In this document: positions 36,285-50,337 of the stretch, in pieces
How the letters are laid out: each line of letters starts with the position of its first letter
Numbering within the stretch: position 1 is the first letter of the stretch
Assembly (NCBI GenBank): GCA_023245335.1
Contig: JAHFKK010000001.1
Location: forward strand, 872,019-936,018
Direction: 5' to 3'
DNA length: 64,000 bases
Origin: Candidatus Gottesmanbacteria bacterium
Lineage (GTDB): Bacteria > Patescibacteriota > Microgenomatia > UBA10105 > UBA927
Made by a program: the position numbers and the translations under genes
The notes under the pieces: generated by a model
The model's input: only the letters and a program-made list of their open reading frames with translations
Told to the model about the DNA's origin: nothing
Databases searched by the model: none

Positions 36285-38262
36285 GCGCATCCCCGCGGAC
36301 TGCATCATGAAGGCAATTTTTATATGTTACCCCTTCGTAGTAGAAAAGGAGGGCAGAAGGCGCAAGAGCCATCCGTCGTGACTCGGCAAAGTTTACGAGT
36401 GCTTCTTTGCAACTCCCTTTCGCAAGGTACGCGAGACCCGCATACTGATATGCCTGACCCAATGTATCGTCTCCAGCAAGCGTAATAGCATTGGTAAATT
36501 CCTTGATGGACTCATCAAATTTCCCGGCACGGAGAAGTGCCGCCCCCAGCGCGTTATGTGCGCCTCCATACACATCGTTTACGTCAGTCAACATAAGATG
36601 CGGGTAGCGCGATAAAAGTCCGGATTCGGGGTTGTGGAGTGAAGACCAGAGAAGGATATTTTGGGCATACACATCAGCGATACGTGGTGTCGTATCATCC
36701 CGTACCAACTCATAGAGAAGGCCGTACGGGACCCACGAATACCCCGCACCGACCGGAAATGCAGACGTTGCGAATATGGGTCGTTTCCCGTACGTCTCAC
36801 GGACAATTGCTGCCATTGGGTCTTTTTCGCCTTCAAATATCGGGAGATTAAACCCGGGGAAATTCTTTTGTATGGTGACAAAATAATCTTTGGACTGGAG
36901 GCGGCTCGCATGAAGCACAATGGTATCCGGCCGCATATGCAGGGCATAGCGCATATAGAGCGCGCTAAAAAGCGGTGTATCGCGATCCAAAAGGATAAGG
37001 CTTCCCGACGGAGCAGACGACAATACGTCACGGCCTAAATTTTCCATCGTTCTATCGGCGGGCAGTCCGTAAAATCTCCATGAGGTCACGAACATCTGAC
37101 TCGCGGGGAAAAAAAGAAACACGACATATGCGCATATGAGGATGACAGAACCAAATTTTTTCCACAGTTGCGGACGAAACGACTGCGCATATTCCAACAT
37201 TGCGTAGGCACCAACACCAAAAAGTATTGACAAGAAAAGATAGCTGGGGAGGAGAAACCGTTCATATGTTCCGAGCGTAAACCGGCTGATAAGCGGGAAA
37301 CTTGCATACGCAAAAAAAGCGGGTCCCACGCAAACTAACGCAATCAGGAAAAAATACGCAGTTTCACGGGCTTTTTTCCACAGATACCACCAACCGATAG
37401 CGGCCAGGAGTAACCCGATCCAGGTAAAATCAAGGAAAACAAATTGCACGTATGCCTGTACTTGGAGAGCACGTTGTATAAAAAGCGATCCGAACGCGTT
37501 ACTCGAGACAAATGTCCCGTAATCCGCCCGTGTGATAAGACGTATAAATCCCGCGATGTCACCGGGGCGGTCCCAATTGATCATGGACGAGCCTTGTCCG
37601 GCATACACGACGTAAAGATAGGGGAGTAAACCCGCCAAAAGCCACGCGCCGAGTTTGACGGTATAGGAACTCAAGCGCATGTGCCTGAACTTCTTGTCCT
37701 GTATAAGGAGATATGCGCAGGCAGGAACTAAGAAAAGTATGACCTGTTGATGCGTGAGGGACAATCCCAAAATGAATGCCGCAGCATACACCCACATCAT
37801 CCGATGTGTACGAATCCAAAGAAAAATAGTTGTCGTGAGAGAAATAACGAAAAAATCAAAAAGTCCGAATACTTCCGGCGTCACGCTATAGAGAAAAAAT
37901 ACGTAATTGCCGGCAAGCAGAAACCCGCTCAATAATCCCGCCCACATGCTTCCGGTCAACATGACCACTATGGCAAAAACAAGGCCAATCGTGAACGCGT
38001 GGGGCACGGAAGACAACAGCCCTACCCGCCAGGCAACCGTTTGTAAAGGAATCTTCGTGAGTATCCACCCGAAGCCTGTATACAGCGCATATCCCGGCGG
38101 ATGAGGCACACCCATAGTCGCAGCTGCTGCTACTAAATCACCACTGTCGCCGCCAAATATGGCTTTAGCCTGAAAAGCAAGAAACAAGAGAAGCGATGCG
38201 GCAGCCATGACAACCGCGCCTAGTATTATCTGTCGGAATTGAGGTTTGTGAGGTGACCTCAT
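36232..38262 (-). CDS. DUF2723 (TMEM260/GT117-like) membrane protein with C-terminal TPR repeats.
   Basis: N-terminal GDSGDLVAAAATMGVPHPPGYALYT motif. Many TM helices. C-terminal TPR-like repeats (AYQYAGLAYLAKGSCKEALVNF). Confidence 0.55.
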   Translation of the reverse strand: MRSPHKPQFRQIILGAVVMAAASLLLFLAFQAKAIFGGDSGDLVAAAATMGVPHPPGYALYTGFGWILTKIPLQTVAWRVGLLSSVPHAFTIGLVFAIVVMLTGSMWAGLLSGFLLAGNYVFFLYSVTPEVFGLFDFFVISLTTTIFLWIRTHRMMWVYAAAFILGLSLTHQQVILFLVPACAYLLIQDKKFRHMRLSSYTVKLGAWLLAGLLPYLYVVYAGQGSSMINWDRPGDIAGFIRLITRADYGTFVSSNAFGSLFIQRALQVQAYVQFVFLDFTWIGLLLAAIGWWYLWKKARETAYFFLIALVCVGPAFFAYASFPLISRFTLGTYERFLLPSYLFLSILFGVGAYAMLEYAQSFRPQLWKKFGSVILICAYVVFLFFPASQMFVTSWRFYGLPADRTMENLGRDVLSSAPSGSLILLDRDTPLFSALYMRYALHMRPDTIVLHASRLQSKDYFVTIQKNFPGFNLPIFEGEKDPMAAIVRETYGKRPIFATSAFPVGAGYSWVPYGLLYELVRDDTTPRIADVYAQNILLWSSLHNPESGLLSRYPHLMLTDVNDVYGGAHNALGAALLRAGKFDESIKEFTNAITLAGDDTLGQAYQYAGLAYLAKGSCKEALVNFAESRRMALAPSALLFYYEGVTYKNCLHDAVRGDALMAEYEKTKKQTEMPIQ

Positions 38263-38265
38263 TCG

Positions 38266-38760
38266 TTATTGGATACAGTAGTAGCAGACACTGGTACCGC
38301 TTCCGCAACTGGCTCCAGATCCACCCGTCTGATCATAGATGGTGTTGAGGTCAACCTGGAATCCTTTGGATTCGGGCTTGAAGCAAACGTGAAGATCTTC
38401 GGCCCCTTGGGAGGTGACGAAAATTTTCGCTAGATTGCCGGTACCCGCTAAGTTCATGAAATTTTGTTTCAGCTCACCTGCATCCATCAGAAGATTAATC
38501 GAAGTCGCCATCGCATCAACCGATGTCGTCGACATACCGGTCGTACCCCACGGAAACCCGCCTTTGGTGGAATAATACCTCAGGCTTGCGTTATAAAATT
38601 CAGAGACGGTGTTACGGGTTGCTGTATCGCGTCCTTTTTTGAGTTGTTCAAACGGATCGATGGTTGCAAGCAGTCCTACTGCGAGGGCACCCAAAAGTGC
38701 GATGACGATCAGAAGTTCGATAAGGGTAAACCCACGAGATTGAGCAGAATTATTTCTCAT
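38266..38760 (-). CDS. pilA: Type IV pilin, likely the major pilin of the pilB-pilT-pilC-pilA operon.
   Basis: MRNNSAQSRG/FTLIELLIVIALLGALAVGLL. Cys pair near the C-terminus (D-region-like). Confidence 0.8.
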   Translation of the reverse strand: MRNNSAQSRGFTLIELLIVIALLGALAVGLLATIDPFEQLKKGRDTATRNTVSEFYNASLRYYSTKGGFPWGTTGMSTTSVDAMATSINLLMDAGELKQNFMNLAGTGNLAKIFVTSQGAEDLHVCFKPESKGFQVDLNTIYDQTGGSGASCGSGTSVCYYCIQ

Positions 38761-38802
38761 ATATATATGGTGTATCATGTTCCAAAAACCCTTGTCAAGA
38801 GA

Positions 38803-40011
38803 TCACTTAAATTGATTCGTCAAATTATAAATTGGTGTGATGACCGAGATGACGATAAACCCTACGCCGACTCCCAAAACCACCATAATGAGAGGCTCAA
38901 TCGCGGTCGTCAGCCCTTTCACTAAATTTTCGGATTCGGATTGGAAGTAGCGCGACAGCTTGAGAAGTGTGTCATCAAGTTTTCCCGTTTCTTCTCCGAC
39001 CTTCATCATTTGGGAGACAATCGGCGGGAATACCGGATATTGGGCGAACGTCTCGCCGAGCGGGAAACCGCGCTCGACTTTTTTGGAAATATCCACGATC
39101 GCATTTCGAAAAAGCACATTGCCCATGGCATCTTTCAAAATATGCAGCGCGTCAAGTAATCGTATGCCGGAATTGATAAGCATGGACAGGGTCCGGGTAA
39201 ACTCAACCAGAATAATCTTCTTTTGCAACTCACCGAAAAGCGGAATTTTGAGAACAAGCGTGTCCAGCACTAATTCACCGGTTTTCGTTTTTTTCCACCG
39301 GTTAAATCCATAGGCTAACCCCACGATAACAAGGATGACGAACCACCACCAATGAACAAAAAAGGTGGACATCCCGATAAGAATCTGCGTCGAAACAGGG
39401 AGATCAACCCCAAAATCCTTATAGAGTTCTGTGAGTTTAGGGATAACGACCGTCATCATGATCCCGATGACAACCGTCATTGCGACCAAAATGATGATGG
39501 GGTATATCATGGCCCCCGTAACTTTGCTCTTGAACTCCCGCTGGGATTCCATGCTGTCCGCCAAACGCGCGAGTACTTGATCCAGCTGTCCTGACGATTC
39601 TCCCGCACGAACAAGCGCAATATAAATGGAAGAAAAATGCTGCGGGAACTTCGCGAGGCCATCACCGAAATTACCGCCGCTCACGACATGATTCTCAATA
39701 TCCGTAATGACGGTCGCGAAAAGCGGATTGGTCGTTTGTGTTTGAAGAATGCCGAGCGCCTCCGGCAACGACAATCCGGCAACAACCATCGTGGCAATTT
39801 GTCTCGTGAAGTTGACGATTTCACCGAATCCTACCCGCTGTAAGCGTATGATCTCCGAAGGATCAATCTTCCCTTTGGATTCCGAAACATCGATCACAAA
39901 AAGCTTTTTATCGTGAAGCAGCTTGGCCGCGGTTTCTTTGTTGGGCGATTCGACCAACCCTTCAACAACCTTACCGGTTGTATCGCGTGCTTTATAAGAA
40001 AAAAATGCCAT
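38803..40011 (-). CDS. pilC: Type IV pilus platform protein PilC (GspF family).
   Basis: Two T2SS-F domain repeats, three TM segments, 402 aa. Confidence 0.85.
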   Translation of the reverse strand: MAFFSYKARDTTGKVVEGLVESPNKETAAKLLHDKKLFVIDVSESKGKIDPSEIIRLQRVGFGEIVNFTRQIATMVVAGLSLPEALGILQTQTTNPLFATVITDIENHVVSGGNFGDGLAKFPQHFSSIYIALVRAGESSGQLDQVLARLADSMESQREFKSKVTGAMIYPIIILVAMTVVIGIMMTVVIPKLTELYKDFGVDLPVSTQILIGMSTFFVHWWWFVILVIVGLAYGFNRWKKTKTGELVLDTLVLKIPLFGELQKKIILVEFTRTLSMLINSGIRLLDALHILKDAMGNVLFRNAIVDISKKVERGFPLGETFAQYPVFPPIVSQMMKVGEETGKLDDTLLKLSRYFQSESENLVKGLTTAIEPLIMVVLGVGVGFIVISVITPIYNLTNQFK

Positions 40012-40022
40012 AGATAAATCGT

Positions 40023-41081
40023 TTAGATCGTCGTTTTGAGAAGGCGTCCTAGTTCTTCCGGTCGGAGTGCAAATGATTCGGCCATATCCATACCGATAAT
40101 TCCGGCTTTCACCGCAGCTGCGAGGGACGTCTCGAGCGTCATCATGCCGAATTCAGCGGATGTTTGGATAATGTTGTCAATCTGGTGCGTTTTTCCCTCC
40201 CGGATAAGTGTCCGTATGGCAGGAGTACCGGTCAAAATTTCTACGACAGGCACACGCCCTCCACTGGTTGCGGGCACCAGACGCATAGAAAGTATGCCTT
40301 CAAGAACGTTGGACAACTGTAAACGGATCTGGATTTGTTGGTTCTCCGGAAATACGTCAACGATACGGTCAACGGACTGCGCCGCTGAATTGGTGTGTAA
40401 GGTCGCAAAAACCAAATGTCCGGTTTCGGCAATGGTGAGCGCCGACTGAATCGTTTCCAAATCCCGCATTTCACCGATAAGAACGACATCGGGATCCTCA
40501 CGGAGCACACTCCGGAGGGCGACAGTCCATGAATGCGTATCCCCATGCATTTCCCGTTGGGATACCATCGCCCGAGCCGGAGGATATACATACTCGATCG
40601 GATCTTCTATGGTTACGATGTGTACGTTTTTTTCCTGATTGATGAGGTTGATCATGGAAGCAAGCGACGTGGATTTCCCGTGCCCCGTCGGCCCGGTCAC
40701 TAGAATGAATCCTTGCCGGAGTTTGACAAAATCTTGGCATATGGACGGCAACCCCAATTCTTCAAGCGTCTTTATACGATCCGGTATCAGTCGAAATGCG
40801 CCAGCCACGGTATTTTTTTGGATATACGCGTTGACCCTGAACCTGCCGACCAGAGTCGCTAGTGAATAGTCGATTTCCTTGTTTGTCGTGAAAATCTCTT
40901 TTTGTTCGGGATTGAGCGTGGAGTTGATAAGCCGCTCTGCCTCTTCTGGTGTTAAAACAGACGTCCCTTCTACCGGCGTAAGCAACCCGGAAACGCGGAT
41001 CATGGGCGGAAACCCGACGATGAGATGAAGGTCCGATGCTTCTTTCCGGGCCGTTTCTGAAAATAATTGCTGAATATCCAT
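40023..41081 (-). CDS. pilT: Twitching-motility retraction ATPase PilT.
   Basis: Walker A GPTGHGKST, the His box, and the AIRNLIRE-like PilT motif (AIRTLIREGK). 352 aa. Confidence 0.85.
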   Translation of the reverse strand: MDIQQLFSETARKEASDLHLIVGFPPMIRVSGLLTPVEGTSVLTPEEAERLINSTLNPEQKEIFTTNKEIDYSLATLVGRFRVNAYIQKNTVAGAFRLIPDRIKTLEELGLPSICQDFVKLRQGFILVTGPTGHGKSTSLASMINLINQEKNVHIVTIEDPIEYVYPPARAMVSQREMHGDTHSWTVALRSVLREDPDVVLIGEMRDLETIQSALTIAETGHLVFATLHTNSAAQSVDRIVDVFPENQQIQIRLQLSNVLEGILSMRLVPATSGGRVPVVEILTGTPAIRTLIREGKTHQIDNIIQTSAEFGMMTLETSLAAAVKAGIIGMDMAESFALRPEELGRLLKTTI

Positions 41082-41150
41082 AGGTTTAACTATTCACATG
41101 TAACTTGTAACGGTGCATTAAAAATATTCTATTTATAGTCAATTGTTAAT

Positions 41151-42872
41151 TTAATCCTGTGCAACCCTTAGCACTTCCTCAATGGTCGTTGCGCCCTCAA
41201 GTGCTTTTAAATACCCATCCTGTTTCATGGTTATCATACCTTCTTTGATAGCCTGCGTCTCAATATCTTTCATGGTAGAACGCGTAAGCGTCAGCTTACT
41301 GATCTCATCTGATACGGGGTAGAGCTCAAACACGCCCAGCCGTCCGAGATATCCCGACCCGCCGCACGATTCACAGGTGACGCCATTTACCGTGCCTTTT
41401 CCACGATAAAGCACCGTCGGCTTATCCGACGGCCAAAGCGGACCGACAACAGCGCGTATATCAGCCGCAACCGCGGCTTCTGGCGTATATTCTTCTTTAC
41501 AGGTCGGGCAAAGTCGACGGGCGATACGCTGACCCATGACCGCGTTTAATGCCGAAGCGACAAGAAACGGTTCAGCACCAAGGTCGATAAGCCGGGGGAT
41601 TGCTCCCGATGCGTTATTAGTGTGAAGCGTGGAAAACACAAGGTGTCCGGTAAGCGCTGCCTGGATAGCAAGCTCGGTCGTCTCCTGATCCCGGATTTCT
41701 CCGACCAGAATGATGTTCGGATCCTGACGCAGAAATGACCGCAACCCAGTCGCGAAATTGAGTCCCGCGGCAGGATTAATTTGCACCTGATTCACGCCGG
41801 CAATCTCATACTCGACCGGATCCTCAAGTGTCATGATATTGACTTTGGCATTATTGAGTATTGCAAGAACCGAATACAGTGTCGTCGTTTTGCCGGAACC
41901 CGTAGGCCCGGTGACGAGAATAATGCCGTGGGGCCGACGAATGGCTTGTTCCAGATGCTTGAGCGCCAACCCTCTAAGTCCTAATTCCGGGAGCGTTGGG
42001 ATACCGCCCGATTTTTTGAGTAACCGCATGACGACCTTCTCGCCATGCACGGTCGGTAATGTCGACACACGAAGATCTACTTCCGATTCTCCCATCTTGA
42101 AGTTAAACCGTCCGTCCTGCGGAAGACGCTTCTCATCTATTTTCATGTCGGCGAGAATCTTGATGCGGGATACGACAGCATCCTGCAGCCGGTGGGGGAG
42201 CATGAGACGTTCCTGTAAAATACCGTCCACACGATACCGGACCCTGGTTTCTCCGATGAGAGGCTCTATGTGTACGTCTGACGCTCGGATGCGTATAGCT
42301 TGTTCGAGTATTGCCGAAACGATCTGCGCGATCGGCGCCTCGCGTATAACTTGACCTAACTTGCCGGCTTCATATGTTTTGATGATGGGAGCCGTCTCCT
42401 CCATGGCGGCGGTCACGTCAGCCCCGAGATTCTGTGTATACAACGCCTCAATAGACGCAAGTATATCGTCGCGAAAGGCCATAAAAGGCTTGATCGCGCG
42501 GCCTGATTTTTTCTCCAAAAATTCTATGACCTGGAAATCCAAGGGGTCGAGCATTGCGACGGACAACGCGCCCTTGTCACCGGATTCTATCTGAAACGGG
42601 ACCAAGGTATAACGGCGGGCGACGGGTTCGGGGATATAATTGACGACATCAGGCGTGATTGCCTGGCCGCTCAATGTGACAAACGCAATCCCAAGAGAGC
42701 TCGCGCGTGCACGGGCGTAATCTTCATCCGAAACCAAATGTTTCCGGCGCAAAATTTCTTCCACTTGCTCACCGGTGTTTAGAGATTCGGTCCGGACGGT
42801 CTCCGCCACATCACCAGGGATATGACCTGCGGAAACAAGGTTTGATAATATGTCTTGGGCAGCTGCAGCCAT
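41151..42872 (-). CDS. pilB: Type IV pilus assembly ATPase PilB (GspE family).
   Basis: N-terminal GSPII domain. Walker [11 protein letters not shown]. Tetracysteine CPTC...CESCGGSGY. Confidence 0.85.
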   Translation of the reverse strand: MAAAAQDILSNLVSAGHIPGDVAETVRTESLNTGEQVEEILRRKHLVSDEDYARARASSLGIAFVTLSGQAITPDVVNYIPEPVARRYTLVPFQIESGDKGALSVAMLDPLDFQVIEFLEKKSGRAIKPFMAFRDDILASIEALYTQNLGADVTAAMEETAPIIKTYEAGKLGQVIREAPIAQIVSAILEQAIRIRASDVHIEPLIGETRVRYRVDGILQERLMLPHRLQDAVVSRIKILADMKIDEKRLPQDGRFNFKMGESEVDLRVSTLPTVHGEKVVMRLLKKSGGIPTLPELGLRGLALKHLEQAIRRPHGIILVTGPTGSGKTTTLYSVLAILNNAKVNIMTLEDPVEYEIAGVNQVQINPAAGLNFATGLRSFLRQDPNIILVGEIRDQETTELAIQAALTGHLVFSTLHTNNASGAIPRLIDLGAEPFLVASALNAVMGQRIARRLCPTCKEEYTPEAAVAADIRAVVGPLWPSDKPTVLYRGKGTVNGVTCESCGGSGYLGRLGVFELYPVSDEISKLTLTRSTMKDIETQAIKEGMITMKQDGYLKALEGATTIEEVLRVAQD

Positions 42873-42940
42873 ATCAAAAAGAACGAGTTACGCACTCCTT
42901 TATTCATTATGAGACAACCATCGTTTATAATGCAAGAGCG

Positions 42941-43615
42941 ATGCACGCCTTTCTTTTTATCGGTGGAACTGCGACGGAACGCCAGGACGCAATCAATCTG
43001 CAACTGGATACAAATGACATACCGTTATACGACCGGCTAACGCTTACACCACAAGAAAAAGCATCTATCGGCGTTGCCGACGCTCGCGTATTCATCCATG
43101 AGCTCTTCCTTAATCCACGAGGTACCAAAGGCACTGCAGCTATCATCCCGGACGCGGGGCTTCTGACGACCGAAGCGCAGCAAGCGCTTCTCAAAACCAT
43201 AGAGGAACCCCCGCCCCACGTACAACTCTATATAGGTACTGCTTCCGAGACCGTTGTATTGCCGACCATCGTATCCCGCTGCCAACTCGTACCCATATCC
43301 GCAAAAGACTCACTCTTTACCGAAAGTGAATTAGCCGCATGTACCAAACTCATAACCGAGATACGTGCAGCAAGCGCGGGGCACAAAATTTCCTCCATAC
43401 AGACCATCGGAAAAACGAGGGATGATGCGAAACGATGGATAGATTGCGCGGTCATTGCCTGTACAAACGCCGCACTTCTTGCTACCGCAACGGACGGGGA
43501 ATCCCAGGAAAAACTATACGTTGCATCACTCGTCCATGAACTTCTGGACGCAAAGAAACTATCACAAAATAACGTCAATCCGTTTCAACTCATAGAACAT
43601 ATATTTTTACACTAA
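42941..43615 (+). CDS. holB: DNA polymerase III delta-prime-like clamp-loader subunit (short).
   Basis: [20 protein letters not shown] and LPTIVSRCQ are the delta-prime/tau SRC motifs. TATAAT lies 9 nt before the ATG. The longer ORF from 42707 would overlap pilB and was rejected. Confidence 0.65.
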   Translation: MHAFLFIGGTATERQDAINLQLDTNDIPLYDRLTLTPQEKASIGVADARVFIHELFLNPRGTKGTAAIIPDAGLLTTEAQQALLKTIEEPPPHVQLYIGTASETVVLPTIVSRCQLVPISAKDSLFTESELAACTKLITEIRAASAGHKISSIQTIGKTRDDAKRWIDCAVIACTNAALLATATDGESQEKLYVASLVHELLDAKKLSQNNVNPFQLIEHIFLH

Positions 43616-43622
43616 GCCGATC

Positions 43623-43651
43623 TAGACAACGCCAGTAGGCTTTTGTACAAT
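43623..43651 (+). promoter_or_regulatory. Sigma70-like promoter for gyrB (TAGACA, 17 nt, TACAAT).
   Basis: Followed by an 8-bp perfect hairpin GCCCCGAC/GTCGGGGC at 43661-43685 in the 5' UTR. Confidence 0.45.
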
Positions 43652-43714
43652 GGTACTAGATGCCCCGACGGTCCGATGGTCGGGGCAACGACGTCAATAC
43701 AGCTACATAGATAG

Positions 43715-45649
<1,935 letters not shown>

Positions 45650-45697
45650 ACGGATCTTTTGATATAAATTGAAAGCGTACATGAAGGAGGAATTATT

Positions 45698-47710
45698 ATG
45701 AATTCATTAGTATACATTGCACTTGGAGGTGGACTTCTCTCGGTTTTGTACGGACTGTATCTCTCTTCCAATATCCTGAAGCTCCCGGTCGGCACACCAG
45801 ACATGAATGCTATAGCCGATGCGATCGCAGAAGGTGCTGCGGCATTTCTCAAACGCGAATACACGGCTATAGCTGTATTATCCGTCATTATCGTTATTCT
45901 TTTGGGATTCACGCTCGGTTGGATGTCGGCCTTGGCATTTGCTATCGGTGCATTTTGTTCCGCACTTGCCGGAGCGATCGGCATGAATATTGCCGTACGC
46001 GCAAATATACGGACCAGTGAAGCCGCCAAAAAAGGTCTCAAAGAAGCGCTTGGCGTGGCTTTTTCCGGAGGAGCAGTCACCGGACTTATGGTCGCGGGAT
46101 TAGCACTTCTTGCTATCGCGGTTACCTACGTCATCACCATTTCACACCAGGTCGGCGTCGTGAGCCTGACGCCTTTAGTCGCGCTTGGATTTGGGGGATC
46201 GCTTATTTCAGTATTTGCCCGGCTTGGCGGCGGCATCTATACAAAAGGCGCTGATGTCGGCACGGACATGGTCGGAAAAATCGAAAAAGGGATTCCCGAA
46301 GATGATCCGAGAAATCCGGGCGTCATCGCAGATTTAGTCGGCGACAATGTCGGGGATGATGCCGGTATGGCGGCAGATCTTTTTGAAACCTATGTCGTCA
46401 CCGCCGTCGCCACAATGCTTTTGGGGCACCTCGTCATTCCGCAGGCGGCCAATGCCATGATGTTTCCCATGGTCGTGGGAGCTGCGGGTGTCGTCGCGTC
46501 AGTCCTCGGCACATTTTTTGTCAAACTCGGCAAATCCAAAGCCATCATGGGAGCTTTGTATAAAGGACTTATCGCAAGCAGCGTTATCTCAGCAGCACTC
46601 TTTTACCCGATTACGACCATGCTTATGGCTGATAACGGCAAATATGCAACGCTGAACCTGTATGGCGCGAGCCTTATAGGTATTGTCTTGACCGTTGTCA
46701 TGGTTGGCATCACGGAATTCTTTACATCAAAGGATTTCGGATCAGTAAAAAGGATAGCAGAAGCATCCAATACCGGTCATGGGACCAACATCATTGCGGG
46801 CCTTGCGGTCTCTATGAAATCGACATTTCCTCCCGTGCTTGCTATTGCGGGGGCTATGTTGGGAGCCTACTTGTTCGCAGGACTCTATGGTGTGGCGCTG
46901 GCGGCTATGGCTATGTTGTCTTTGGCAGGTATTGTCATAGCGATCGACGCATTTGGTCCGATTACGGACAATGCGGGGGGAATTGCGGAAATGACCAATC
47001 AACCGGAAAAAGTCCGCGACGTCACTGACGCTCTCGACGCCGTAGGCAACACGACAAAAGCAGTCACCAAAGGATACGCAATCGCCTCAGCGGGATTGGC
47101 GGCTTTAGTTTTGTTTGCCAGCTACACACAGGAATTGGGAAGCAGAGCATCCATGGGATTCAGATTGGATGATCCGTTTGTCTTAGTCGGACTCTTTGTG
47201 GGAGCCGCGCTTCCGTACGTATTCGGGGCTCTAGCGATGGAGGCCGTCGGAAACGCCGCAGGAGCGGTAGTTGTCGAAGTCCGACGCCAGTTTAAAACGA
47301 TCAAAGGCATTATGGAAGGCAAAGCAAAGCCGAATTACGGCAAAGCGGTTGATATAGTAACGCAAGCCGCCCTAAAGGAAATGATTTTACCGGCATCGTT
47401 GCCGGTCGTTGTTCCCGTCGTCGTCGGATTCACTCTTGGAGCCGCAGCCCTCGGAGGATTTCTCATGGGTACGATCATCACAGGACTTTTTGTCGCAATC
47501 TCCATGACGACAGGAGGAGCAGCCTGGGATAATGCCAAAAAGTATATAGAGGCAGGTCATTTCGGCGGGAAAGGCTCGCCGGCCCACCAGGCCGCGGTGA
47601 CCGGTGACACGGTTGGTGATCCGTACAAGGATACGGCTGGCCCTGCCATCAATCCGATGATCAAAGTGGCAAACATCGTCGCCCTGCTTATCGCGGCGTA
47701 TATTCACTAG
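45698..47710 (+). CDS. hppA: Membrane-bound proton-translocating inorganic pyrophosphatase (H+-PPase), apparently the K+-independent type.
   Basis: [18 protein letters not shown] and [15 protein letters not shown] motifs. GNTTKA (Lys variant). 15-16 TM helices. Confidence 0.85.
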   Translation: MNSLVYIALGGGLLSVLYGLYLSSNILKLPVGTPDMNAIADAIAEGAAAFLKREYTAIAVLSVIIVILLGFTLGWMSALAFAIGAFCSALAGAIGMNIAVRANIRTSEAAKKGLKEALGVAFSGGAVTGLMVAGLALLAIAVTYVITISHQVGVVSLTPLVALGFGGSLISVFARLGGGIYTKGADVGTDMVGKIEKGIPEDDPRNPGVIADLVGDNVGDDAGMAADLFETYVVTAVATMLLGHLVIPQAANAMMFPMVVGAAGVVASVLGTFFVKLGKSKAIMGALYKGLIASSVISAALFYPITTMLMADNGKYATLNLYGASLIGIVLTVVMVGITEFFTSKDFGSVKRIAEASNTGHGTNIIAGLAVSMKSTFPPVLAIAGAMLGAYLFAGLYGVALAAMAMLSLAGIVIAIDAFGPITDNAGGIAEMTNQPEKVRDVTDALDAVGNTTKAVTKGYAIASAGLAALVLFASYTQELGSRASMGFRLDDPFVLVGLFVGAALPYVFGALAMEAVGNAAGAVVVEVRRQFKTIKGIMEGKAKPNYGKAVDIVTQAALKEMILPASLPVVVPVVVGFTLGAAALGGFLMGTIITGLFVAISMTTGGAAWDNAKKYIEAGHFGGKGSPAHQAAVTGDTVGDPYKDTAGPAINPMIKVANIVALLIAAYIH

Positions 47711-47742
47711 AAATAACACCGACAAAACGCTAAATATACCGT

Positions 47743-50262
47743 ATGAACATAGGAAAAATTAATCAGTCGGAAATAGTGACGGAAATGCAGAAGTCGTACC
47801 TCGACTATGCGATGTCTGTCATCGTGGCACGTGCACTTCCGGACGTACGGGACGGATTGAAGCCGGTGCATCGACGGATACTCTTTGCGATGCATCAAAC
47901 CGGTCTTCACCACACGAGTAAGTATAAAAAAAGTGCGTCTGTTGTCGGAGAAGTATTGGGCAAATATCACCCACATGGCGACTCATCGGTCTACGAAGCG
48001 CTGGTACGTCTGGCGCAGGATTTTTCCATGCGCTATACATTAGTCGATGGCCAGGGGAACTTCGGCTCAATAGACGGCGATCCGCCGGCCGCCATGCGGT
48101 ACACGGAATGTCGCCTTGACAGTATTGCCGACGAAATGCTTCTCGACATAGAAAAGGAAACGGTTGATTTTATACCGAACTTCGACGGCACCATTCAGGA
48201 GCCGGTTTACCTTCCGGCCAAACTTCCGAACCTTCTCCTTATGGGTTCTGAGGGAATCGCCGTCGGCATGGCGACCAAAATTCCGCCGCACAATCTCTCC
48301 GAGATCATTGACGCGATTACCTTCATGATCAACAAATCCAAAGTGGAAAAGGCCCCGAAAAAAGCAGACGGCACCGAAGCCGTCCACAAAAAATTCTCTC
48401 TGACGTTTGACGTCACACTCGAAGATCTCATGGAGTTTGTCCAGGGCCCTGATTTCCCGACGGCCGGAGCTATCTATGACATAAGCGAGATCAAAAACGC
48501 GTATGCCACGGGTCGCGGCAAGATCGTCATGCGCGGCAAAGCGGAAATTGAGGAAATGGGCAACGGCAAAAGTATGATCGGCATTACCGAGCTTCCGTAT
48601 CAGGTCAACAAAGCCAACTTGGTCGCAAAAATCGCGGATTTGGTCAAAGACAAAAAACTTGACGGTATTTCGGATCTCCGTGACGAATCCGATCGCCGGG
48701 GCATCAGGGTCGTTGTCGAACTCAAACGCGATGCCCAACCAAACAAAGTATTAAATAATTTGTACAAGTTTACCGAACTTCAGACCACATTCCCCATGAA
48801 CGTCGTCGCATTGGTCGACGGTACACCCCGAACGCTGACGCTTCGCGAGATCCTGGAAGAATACTTACGGCATCGTCATGACGTCATTTATCGACGAAGT
48901 GAATTTGAGCTCAAAGAAGCCAAAGCCCGCGAGCACATCCTTGAAGGACTCAAAATCGCGGTCGACCATATCGATGAAGTCATCGCGATCATCAAAAAAG
49001 CCAAGGATGCCGACGACGCCAAAGTGAAGCTGATGGCGCGGTTTAAGCTTTCTGACCTCCAGGCAACGGCAATTCTCGACATGCAACTTCGCAAGCTTGC
49101 GGCCCTCGAGCGCCAGAAGATCGAGGATGAACTTGCCATGGTGCGCGAAACGATTGCATACCTTGAAGATCTATTGGCCCACCCGGACAAAATTCTCAAA
49201 GTGATCAAAGTAGAATTAGCCAAACTCAAAGAAAAATACGGAGACAACAGAAAAACCCGCGTATATAAATCCCGAGTCGGCGAACTTTCCGACGAACAAC
49301 TTATTCCAAACGAAGAAACGATCATCACCATGACCGAAACCGGGTATATCAAACGCGTACCACGGAGCACCTTTAAACTCCAGGAACGCGGCGGCAAAGG
49401 CGTTATCGGCATGGCGACCAAAGAAGAAGATGCGATCGACAAACTGATATCCGCCCACACGCACGACAACATGCTCTTCTTCAGTGAAAAAGGCAAAGTC
49501 TATCAGGTGCGGGTATGGGATATCCCGGAGGCAAGCCGCCAAAGTAAAGGCCAGGCCGCCGTTAACCTCATAAACATCGAAAGCAGCGAAAAGGTGACGT
49601 CGATTCTGACCTACAGTCTCAAACGCACAGAACAAAAAGAAAAGGGGATCGAATATATCCTCATGGCGACCAAAAAAGGAGTCGTCAAAAAAACCAAACT
49701 CTCTCAATTCGAAAACATACGGAGAAACGGCTTAGTTGCCATCAAACTCGAAGCCGGAGACGAACTCATCTGGGCGAGGCTCACCGGCGGATCGGATGAT
49801 GTACTCCTCGTCACACACGACGGCAAATCCATACGGTTCTCCGAATCCGAAGTCCGGCACACCGGACGGGATACCATGGGCGTCCGGGGTATTTTACTCA
49901 AACCGGGCGATTACGTCGTGACCATGGAAATTATCAACAGCGAAACCAAAAAGGCCGATTTCCTGACGATCATGGAAAAAGGCATCGGCAAAAAAACAGC
50001 CGCATCCGGATTCCCCAAACAGAAACGCGGCGGGCAAGGGGTGAAAGTTGCCGAAATCAAAGAAAAAACCGGTAAGGTCGCGGTTTCCCAGATGGTCCCT
50101 GCGGGAAGTGAAGAAGTCATCCTCACTTCAACCAAAGGCCAGGTCGTCAAACTCCCGATGAAGTCCGTGCCGGAGCTCTCACGTGCGACCAGTGGTGTCA
50201 TCCTCATGCGGTTTACCGACAAGCACGACACGATCGCCGCGGCGACCTGCCTCACGAAATAA
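47743..50262 (+). CDS. gyrA: DNA gyrase subunit A.
   Basis: [19 protein letters not shown], and HPHGDSSVY with the quinolone-resistance-determining region context. C-terminal beta-pinwheel. Confidence 0.9.
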   Translation: MNIGKINQSEIVTEMQKSYLDYAMSVIVARALPDVRDGLKPVHRRILFAMHQTGLHHTSKYKKSASVVGEVLGKYHPHGDSSVYEALVRLAQDFSMRYTLVDGQGNFGSIDGDPPAAMRYTECRLDSIADEMLLDIEKETVDFIPNFDGTIQEPVYLPAKLPNLLLMGSEGIAVGMATKIPPHNLSEIIDAITFMINKSKVEKAPKKADGTEAVHKKFSLTFDVTLEDLMEFVQGPDFPTAGAIYDISEIKNAYATGRGKIVMRGKAEIEEMGNGKSMIGITELPYQVNKANLVAKIADLVKDKKLDGISDLRDESDRRGIRVVVELKRDAQPNKVLNNLYKFTELQTTFPMNVVALVDGTPRTLTLREILEEYLRHRHDVIYRRSEFELKEAKAREHILEGLKIAVDHIDEVIAIIKKAKDADDAKVKLMARFKLSDLQATAILDMQLRKLAALERQKIEDELAMVRETIAYLEDLLAHPDKILKVIKVELAKLKEKYGDNRKTRVYKSRVGELSDEQLIPNEETIITMTETGYIKRVPRSTFKLQERGGKGVIGMATKEEDAIDKLISAHTHDNMLFFSEKGKVYQVRVWDIPEASRQSKGQAAVNLINIESSEKVTSILTYSLKRTEQKEKGIEYILMATKKGVVKKTKLSQFENIRRNGLVAIKLEAGDELIWARLTGGSDDVLLVTHDGKSIRFSESEVRHTGRDTMGVRGILLKPGDYVVTMEIINSETKKADFLTIMEKGIGKKTAASGFPKQKRGGQGVKVAEIKEKTGKVAVSQMVPAGSEEVILTSTKGQVVKLPMKSVPELSRATSGVILMRFTDKHDTIAAATCLTK

Positions 50263-50302
50263 TATGCGTGGACTAAATTTCAGGGAAGAAATTCCTCTGG
50301 CG

Positions 50303-50337
50303 ACAACCCGGCGGGTTAAATAGGTTTAAACCTCTTC
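50303..50337 (+). repeat. REP-like element, copy D (diverged: AACCCGGCGGGTTAAATAGGTTTAAACCTCTTC).
   Basis: 28/33 identity with copies A and B. The core palindrome is flipped (GCC to GGC). Confidence 0.6.

Noticed and set aside
42707-42940. N-terminal 78-aa extension of the holB ORF overlapping pilB on the opposite strand.
   Set aside because: The conserved delta-prime sequence starts at MHAFLFIGG (42941), with TATAAT 9 nt upstream. The extension has no homology and overlaps the pilB coding sequence.
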